Part shown: positions 58,701-64,000 of the stretch, one piece after another
Numbering within the stretch: the stretch's first letter is position 1
Layout of the letters: the number at the start of each line of letters is the position of its first letter
Source: Cenarchaeum sp.
GTDB lineage: Archaea; Thermoproteota; Nitrososphaeria; Nitrososphaerales; Nitrosopumilaceae
Assembly (NCBI GenBank): GCA_965212015.1
Contig: OZ243037.1
Span: 1,568,001-1,632,000, forward strand
Reading direction: 5' to 3'
Length of the DNA: 64,000 bases
Program-made: the position numbers and the translations under genes
Notes under the pieces: model-generated
Databases searched by the model: none
What the model was told of the DNA's origin: nothing
Seen by the model: the letters and a program-made list of their open reading frames with translations, nothing else

Positions 58701-58939
58701 CCGTAATGGGGAACAATACGAAATGGCGGGACGGTGATGCCATGACGGACTCTGAGCTTTTGGACGGAATCGGGCAGCTAATCGACGAAAAACCCGCCGA
58801 AATGTGGCAGTACAATTCAACCGGGCTGCCCGACTGGGTAAAATCCGGAGCAGAATGGTGGGGTGAGGGCCTGATTACCGATGACGAGTTTGCCGCGATA
58901 CTGCAATTTTTGGTCAAAAAAGGTATAATTCAGGTATGA
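55751..58939 (+). CDS. Large S-layer-like surface protein
   Basis: Signal peptide; NLFVSAEN, LRMVQATDGAWYAYF, repeated ETG..SG.F motifs; C-terminal LPDWVK..WW..EF..ILQFL. Confidence 0.8.
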   Translation: MDVRLAAILVILTVPLFIGSASAANTNLFVSAENSRFDDHFAGSMIVEVIVRDPDISGVGSPIGEPNVTINGNDLRMVQATDGAWYAYFAHIDGAQAADQAVADAGAQGDSLDFGVFCGADTDVAVLGADFTDSQGVAVPRTGELEGFANGDAALGACTGNATSTQVINGVLRQPKQINENPRIATGQIGLDADVWPIIQLFSFGNVEIKYDRAGGSQQVNLEYSEIPNITLELDREQYPPGAEVFVTIFDAQLNQDPTDEDSWTFDVGSQAVFYNAFTESGADAGNGGTGLVNLNPHLSSIGFEDNGRVSIDLGSVLELRTNRHQPESSVTDGSTAYRQIVTFVETRSNSGEFRSYDTASVSVIGMLSDAPRGMAGSIRYNDGTQSIFSGVSSASFLPDSGVPAPGKRIPVTITDDDQNVNSARRDSLDVFRASAIIPILSLGAPLTLQDASDVRFYESSGEWTSVASRVLPDFSGRLAIDSASVSGLDFETITIDAGYTAGMLRSLFVDSGGTSAGTNWINYDLRSIRNLGVDFSDASISLAFGAADDSPIEVARIASSQGFLAIDDAVVDSVGLQSGGVHIVIDLDASGDSQVVGRTGGDAGLMPVIVDFFSFGIEGPREVNNAIYRFELEETQRNSGVFAGSVEYVVANQLNIADPGFISTLDTIGDDIRLIVAGERLDEDALVISYADLDVASVSEKRSEKHDVRTHTGKVSTDAASYGFGRPVTIILDDPDLNLDYQTIETYRVINNPNLPGVDTVGNDDGSILLEVSIKGFRYMRCMIDGVAHGGLAATGFTMSETGTDTGIFEGVFKMPSQICSEDGTGLVSPAGGSIDVRYYDFRDSSGNTNISKLSSPKNAQSTVRLNAYEFSIPKYNGSVEIILSGELSRHSRGIPVSVILYDPLGASDTFGVLPTGSGAYSMPIILHHDSPVGTYLIDIMYDGEHAGSASFVLSPRPEPPADPVRQQEVAPPKALPETPGEPVMGNNTKWRDGDAMTDSELLDGIGQLIDEKPAEMWQYNSTGLPDWVKSGAEWWGEGLITDDEFAAILQFLVKKGIIQV

Positions 58940-59001
58940 TAAAGTCAATTTTTCTTTCACTTAATACATAAATACCTTAAACCAGTCGTAAATTCTAACG
59001 A

Positions 59002-60135
59002 ATGAAACTTTCAAACGGATTCATGATGATCGTGCTGGCAGTATCAATCCTGTCATACGGAATCCCCGGTGCGAGCTTTGCACAGGAGGACGGCGAGGAT
59101 GACAGCGGCATAGTGGAGCAGCTGCTGCCCATTACCATCAGTACCGATTCTGAAACTTATGAGGCCGGTGACACCATTACCATTTCGGGACAGTTAAAGA
59201 CCATATCCAACCTAATGTCGGATGTTACAATTATCGTCGATGCTCCCAACAATCCGGCGTTTATCGTAGCTCAGCCAACTCCAGCCATGGACGGCTCATT
59301 TACCAAGACAGTTTTTACAGGGGGTTCCCTGTGGAAGGTGAGCGGAGAGTATACAATCACTGCCACATATCTACGAGGTGTGGGTGATTCGATTAACGCC
59401 GTTGGCACCTTTACATTTACAGCAGCAGGAGAAGAGCCGCCCGAGGAAATAACCTGCCCGGAGGGCCAGGTCCTTGAGGACGGCGCCTGCGTCGACGAGG
59501 TAGTGGAGCTAGAGTGCGCCGAAGGTGAAAAGGAGGTAGACGGGGAATGCGTCTCTATTGCACCCCCGCCACCAGAGTGCGCCGAAGATGAAAATCTAGT
59601 CAACGGGGAATGCGTCTCTATTGCGCCTCCCCCACTTGAATGCGGAGCCAATCAAATAGAAAAGAACGGGGAATGCGTAGACGAGCTTACATGTGGAGAG
59701 GGAACAATAAAGAACCCTACAACCGGACAGTGTGAGGCAGCGCCGCCAAAATCTGGCTGCCTGATTGCTACTGCGGCATACGGCTCTGAGCTTGCGCCAC
59801 AGGTACAGTTGCTGCGAGAGATTCGTGACAATACGCTGCTGTCCACCGAATCCGGAACATCATTTATGGGCGGATTCAGCCAGGCCTATTACTCGTTTTC
59901 ACCCACAATAGCGGACCTTGAGAGGGAGAATCCCGCATTCCGCGAGGCAGTAAAGCTGTTCATCACACCAATGCTTGCCACCCTGTCAATAATGACGCTG
60001 GCCGAAGAGGGCTCTGAATCACAGGTGCTTGCACTCGGAATATCGGTAATTGCGCTGAACCTTGGAATGTACATTGCGGCACCTGCCGTCGTGGGCCTCA
60101 AGATACGCGGTCATTTCAAGGCAAAAGACCTCTAA
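59002..60135 (+). CDS. CFI-box-CTERM domain surface protein with Cys-rich repeats
   Basis: GCLIATAAYGSELAPQVQLLREIRDN..YYSFSP; five C-x(10-12)-C modules; C-terminal TM. Confidence 0.88.
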   Translation: MKLSNGFMMIVLAVSILSYGIPGASFAQEDGEDDSGIVEQLLPITISTDSETYEAGDTITISGQLKTISNLMSDVTIIVDAPNNPAFIVAQPTPAMDGSFTKTVFTGGSLWKVSGEYTITATYLRGVGDSINAVGTFTFTAAGEEPPEEITCPEGQVLEDGACVDEVVELECAEGEKEVDGECVSIAPPPPECAEDENLVNGECVSIAPPPLECGANQIEKNGECVDELTCGEGTIKNPTTGQCEAAPPKSGCLIATAAYGSELAPQVQLLREIRDNTLLSTESGTSFMGGFSQAYYSFSPTIADLERENPAFREAVKLFITPMLATLSIMTLAEEGSESQVLALGISVIALNLGMYIAAPAVVGLKIRGHFKAKDL

Positions 60136-60166
60136 GTTATTATACTGAAAACCGCCCACAATACCC

Positions 60167-60490
60167 ATGAACATAGAGTATGAGGAGTTTGAGACGATCG
60201 GGGACATATTCATGTACATGTCGTCTGCCGCACCGCCGATGAAAAACACAATGCCTGTAAACTCTTACAAGGGATACGTGATGGCCTTTATCCCGCTCAG
60301 CCCTGCAACCGGCGATACGTACCTCATGATCTATGCCAAGGGCGACCTGGAGCAGGGAATATACGAGTTTGATCTTTCCACAAAAACCTACAAAAAAGTC
60401 GACGCAATAGAGCGGGCAGACAAGAATTACTTTGTATCCCTCACGCCAAAGCGAAACACCATAGCGGATGCCGCCATAGAAAAACTATAG
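60167..60490 (+). CDS. Hypothetical protein
   Basis: 107-aa ORF with genome-typical codon usage. Confidence 0.7.
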   Translation: MNIEYEEFETIGDIFMYMSSAAPPMKNTMPVNSYKGYVMAFIPLSPATGDTYLMIYAKGDLEQGIYEFDLSTKTYKKVDAIERADKNYFVSLTPKRNTIADAAIEKL

Positions 60491-62095
60491 CTTTTTGGTC
60501 TCTATCCTGGGGGCAGACACGGACCTGCTTCTGGCATACTTGTCGATTATCTCATCAGGAGTCCTTCCGTTAAAGAGATCCTTGCACAGGCCCCTCAGGT
60601 ACCTCATGATTGCCCAGCTTCCGGCCTTGATTATTCCGTACATGAATAGCTTCATGGGGGGCCCGTAGGTCTTGTTTCTGAGAATGATCGGAATAATGTC
60701 ATTGATCACCCGGAGGTTGTTCTCCCAGCACCTCCAAAAGAGGGTAAACTGCGCCTCGTTGAGGTTGCCAAAGTGCATAGAGTTCTTTTCGCCGAAATCC
60801 TGGTAAAGCAGCGGTGCCACCAGTCCCCTGAAATTCATGGCCCTAAAGTCCTTTGTCATGTCGATGGTGTACTGGACGTCCTCTGGCGTCTCATCGGGCC
60901 ATCCTATGATTATGGTAGCCGCCGGAAACCAGTGGTTTTTGTTGAGAATCTCTGCGCCCTCCCTTACCACGCTGCCCCACTCCTCCGGTGCAAACGGCTT
61001 TGTCTTTACGCCGAGGTGCTTTTTTACCATGCTTGGCGCGACTGTCTCGATTCCGAGGTTTGTTGCAAGCCACCTGTTGTCCTCGTGCTGCCTGTTGATA
61101 TCCGATATCTGCCGCATCAGCTCGGGATCCGCTGCCACTGCGGAGAATGTCATGTGCGTGGTTCCTATAAAGTTGGCACCAAGCCCCTTTAGGCCCCTCC
61201 ACAGCTCGGTGATTGCGTCCCTGTTTGGGATAAAGTCCCTGTTGTCGCATCCGTATAGTAGCATCTCGTCGGAGTGCAGCCATATCGAGTCGAATCCGTA
61301 CTTTAGGTTAATCTCCGCCTCGTGCTGGAGCCTATCTAGCGGCAGGTCCTTTTTCGATCTCTTGTTTACGTCGCAAAAGTCGCAGCCCCTCCCGCATCCG
61401 CGCATGGCCTCTATGAGCGAGTTGACAGTGGGCCCCTCTATTACCGGGATGTTTTGTATGTTTTTTACAAAGCAGTGCATAAGCTCAGGCGAGTCGTCAT
61501 TTTCCAGATCGTTGAACAAATCCAGCGCAAGCTCGTCTGCCTCGCCTATTACCACCGTGTCTATGCCGTGAATCTTCATCCTGTCAGTCTTTGCAAGCTC
61601 CCACGCCCCGTTGCCGCCGACGACTACGTGAAAGTCGTACTTTTTCTTTAGCTGGATTATCTGGGCGCACATGCGCTTGAACTTCATTGCGACATAGGAC
61701 AGCTTTTCTGGGGACATTGTGGTGGTGACCGGCGCCATGCCGAGCGGGTCCATTACGTTTATTCCGACCACCTTGGTGTCCGGCCCGATTGACTTTTCCA
61801 AATAGTCCGGATTTGACACAAAGACCTCGTCTCTGTCATACCCCTGCAAAAGGGCGCTCTCTATGCGCCTCAGCCCCACCTGTGCCACCTTGGCCTCGCC
61901 GGTAACCGGATCGGTCTCGACTGGCGGGCAGAACACCTTGTCGAAGACCCATTCTGGCAGGACCTCGTACGGCCCGCACGCGATAAACCCGTAAAGAAAA
62001 TTCCCCCTGTAATTTGTCATTAGGCTTCGATCCGCAGTAAGCACTATCCGTTTTCCTGACAATATCCCAAGCTGACCCAGCATTGTATATATCAT
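60485..62095 (-). CDS. B12-binding domain radical SAM protein
   Basis: RGCGRGCDFC (CxxxCxxC); VVGGNG and VIGEA B12-domain motifs; IIGWPDET. Confidence 0.88.
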   Translation of the reverse strand: MIYTMLGQLGILSGKRIVLTADRSLMTNYRGNFLYGFIACGPYEVLPEWVFDKVFCPPVETDPVTGEAKVAQVGLRRIESALLQGYDRDEVFVSNPDYLEKSIGPDTKVVGINVMDPLGMAPVTTTMSPEKLSYVAMKFKRMCAQIIQLKKKYDFHVVVGGNGAWELAKTDRMKIHGIDTVVIGEADELALDLFNDLENDDSPELMHCFVKNIQNIPVIEGPTVNSLIEAMRGCGRGCDFCDVNKRSKKDLPLDRLQHEAEINLKYGFDSIWLHSDEMLLYGCDNRDFIPNRDAITELWRGLKGLGANFIGTTHMTFSAVAADPELMRQISDINRQHEDNRWLATNLGIETVAPSMVKKHLGVKTKPFAPEEWGSVVREGAEILNKNHWFPAATIIIGWPDETPEDVQYTIDMTKDFRAMNFRGLVAPLLYQDFGEKNSMHFGNLNEAQFTLFWRCWENNLRVINDIIPIILRNKTYGPPMKLFMYGIIKAGSWAIMRYLRGLCKDLFNGRTPDEIIDKYARSRSVSAPRIETKKL

Positions 62096-62157
62096 TTACG
62101 AGAAGCCGCAGTACGAAAAGCCGCGTTTTTCAAGGCCGGCCCGATCCCATGCGGAGC

Positions 62158-62943
62158 CTATCGGTTTTTTTTGAGCCGTCTCCGGTGGACCATGTTGGAG
62201 ATGTTTGCAGCCGCCGCACCTGCCCCTATCCCGTTGTCTATGTTGACTATTGACATTCCCAGCGAGCAGCTCTGAAGCATCGATGCCAGGGCGGCGACCC
62301 CCCTGCTGCCGTATCCGTAGCCCACGGAGCTTGGCACCCCTATTACCGGCACGTCCACCAGCGACGATACGACTGTGGCAAGCGCCCCCTCCATTCCGGC
62401 CACCACTATTATCGCATCTGCGTTCCTTGAGACCAGATCCTTTAGCACCGGAAACAGCCTGTGCATTCCGGCCACGCCGACGTCATAGCTGCAGACGCCC
62501 TCGCAGCCCATCGCCTTGCACATGAGGCGCGCCTCCTCTGCCACCCCGATATCAGATGTCCCGGCGCAGACTATGCCCACTGTTCCGCGCATCCTGATTG
62601 GCTTTTTGTAAAACAGTATGGACGACGAGTTTCTTCCCTGATCCGACCGCACCCCGATTTTTTTTGCAAGCGCCGCAATTTTTGGATGATCGTCTTTGCG
62701 AATCCGTGAAACTAAAACCCTGTCTGATTTTTCCAGCGTACGCCGGACTATTTTTTTAATCTCTGCGAGCTGCTTGCCTTCTGCAAAGACCACCTCGGGG
62801 ACGCCCTTTCTGTTCCTTCTTCCCGAGTCAATCCTGGCAAAATCCTCGACTTTTTCTATAGAGTACAGCGACAGCAGCTTTTGTGCCCCTGGAACGTCTA
62901 TCCTTCCGGCCTTTAGTGATTCGAGGATCTCGTCTAGCTCCAA
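62158..62943 (-). CDS. larB: Nickel-pincer cofactor biosynthesis carboxylase LarB
   Basis: GVPEVVFAEGK, AGTSD, DVGVAG.HR, AGMEGAL, PSSVGYG, NIDNG. Confidence 0.92.
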   Translation of the reverse strand: MELDEILESLKAGRIDVPGAQKLLSLYSIEKVEDFARIDSGRRNRKGVPEVVFAEGKQLAEIKKIVRRTLEKSDRVLVSRIRKDDHPKIAALAKKIGVRSDQGRNSSSILFYKKPIRMRGTVGIVCAGTSDIGVAEEARLMCKAMGCEGVCSYDVGVAGMHRLFPVLKDLVSRNADAIIVVAGMEGALATVVSSLVDVPVIGVPSSVGYGYGSRGVAALASMLQSCSLGMSIVNIDNGIGAGAAAANISNMVHRRRLKKNR

Positions 62944-62975
62944 CTATAACACGGCCTGCTTGTCTGGATAAATAT

Positions 62976-63890
62976 CTAATCCGCAACGCCCGAAATGGCG
63001 CCCTTGACGCTGGCTATGCCCCTATCAAAGGTCGCCCTCTCCTCGCCGTCAAGATCAAGCTCTATTATCCTCTCGACGCCCCCCCTGCCAATCACGGCGG
63101 GAACGCCTATGGAGACGTCCGTATGGCCGTACTCCCCGTCAAGATATGTCGCAACGGGAATCACCTGCTTTTTGTCCATCTTTACTGATTCCACAATGGC
63201 AGATATTGCGTTTCCCGGGGCGTGAACCGTCGCGCCCTTTAGCTCGATTACCTTGGCTGCAACCTGCCTCGTATTCCTGACAAGCTCGTCGAGCTTTTCT
63301 TTTGGCAGGAGGCCGGAGAGCGGGATTCCGGATACCGACGAAAACCTGACAAGCGGAAGCATGTTCTCGCCGTGCTCGCCGATTACCAGCGCCCTGATAG
63401 AGTCCCTAGAGTGACCGGTGGACTCGTGGATAAACTGCCTGAATCTTGACAGATCCAGCATTCCGCCCATTCCAAACACCCTGTTTCTCTCAAAGCCGGA
63501 CGTCTTGTATGTAATGTACGCCATTGGATCAAGCGGGTTTGTCACCGGGATTATCATGGAATCGGCCGCATGCCGCTTTATGTTCCCGACTATATCCCTG
63601 ACTATTCCGGCATTGATCTTTAGCAGGTCCATTCTGGTCATTCCGGGCTTTCTTCCGGATCCTGCCACCACTATGACGATATCCGATCCCCCCATCTCCG
63701 AATAGTCGTTGGAGCCGCGCACCTGCACGTCTATTCCGCGCTCTGAGAGCATCTGGTTTATGTCCATGGCCTCGCCCTGCGGAAGGCCCTTGACTATGTC
63801 CAAAAGCACAATCTCCCGATCCAGCCTTTTGAGCGCGCAAAACATGGCCGCATCGCCGCCCACCTTGCCGGCGCCTATTATCGTAATCAT
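62976..63890 (-). CDS. mdh: Malate dehydrogenase (LDH-like)
   Basis: [33 protein letters not shown]. Confidence 0.95.
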   Translation of the reverse strand: MITIIGAGKVGGDAAMFCALKRLDREIVLLDIVKGLPQGEAMDINQMLSERGIDVQVRGSNDYSEMGGSDIVIVVAGSGRKPGMTRMDLLKINAGIVRDIVGNIKRHAADSMIIPVTNPLDPMAYITYKTSGFERNRVFGMGGMLDLSRFRQFIHESTGHSRDSIRALVIGEHGENMLPLVRFSSVSGIPLSGLLPKEKLDELVRNTRQVAAKVIELKGATVHAPGNAISAIVESVKMDKKQVIPVATYLDGEYGHTDVSIGVPAVIGRGGVERIIELDLDGEERATFDRGIASVKGAISGVAD

Positions 63891-63975
63891 GCCCGACAAT
63901 CCCGATTTTCAGTAATTAAATCTAGTGACAATATCTCCAGATATAATTTATATGCATTTTAGCCGTCCGTAAATA

Positions 63976-64000
63976 ATGGTACTGGTAATTGACTCCCAGG
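63976..64000 (+). CDS. 5' fragment of a gene, possibly LarC
   Basis: ATG MVLVIDSQ.. after an AT-rich promoter; resembles LarC N-termini and lies near larB; only 8 codons visible. Confidence 0.4.

Overview
This is a chromosomal segment of an ammonia-oxidising archaeon (Nitrososphaerota/Thaumarchaeota, Nitrosopumilaceae-like). The assignment rests on a thaumarchaeosortase, a CFI-box-CTERM protein, zinc-type ferredoxins, Alba, aIF6, rpl21e-rpo4-DUF655-ksgA and F420 cofE. The GC content is high for that family, as in sponge-symbiont lineages (inference). Most of the window is housekeeping: hisS, proS, ilvE, dys, ino1, smc, egtD/egtB, serB, purE, radA, glmS, rps4/rps13, mdh and three tRNAs (Ser-TGA, Glu-CTC, Ser-GCT). 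Four things stand out. (1) An unannotated 44-aa metallothionein-like gene with four CxC motifs (28688-28822). (2) Three tandem 19-bp DtxR/MntR-like operator units ahead of a multicopper oxidase-ZIP operon, with a matching palindrome ahead of only one of two tandem ferredoxin paralogs, which suggests a metal regulon. (3) A ~6.4 kb partly AT-rich island bounded by a 12-bp direct repeat next to tRNA-Ser. It carries an AbiE-like type IV toxin-antitoxin pair, a UvrD-PD(D/E)XK-FeS-SWIM fusion and a broken GNAT toxin. (4) Odd fusions and small genes: membrane domain + C2H2 finger + NDH-2, Alba with a repeat tail, and an Elf1-like zinc ribbon. All calls come from motifs read by eye; no database searches were run.
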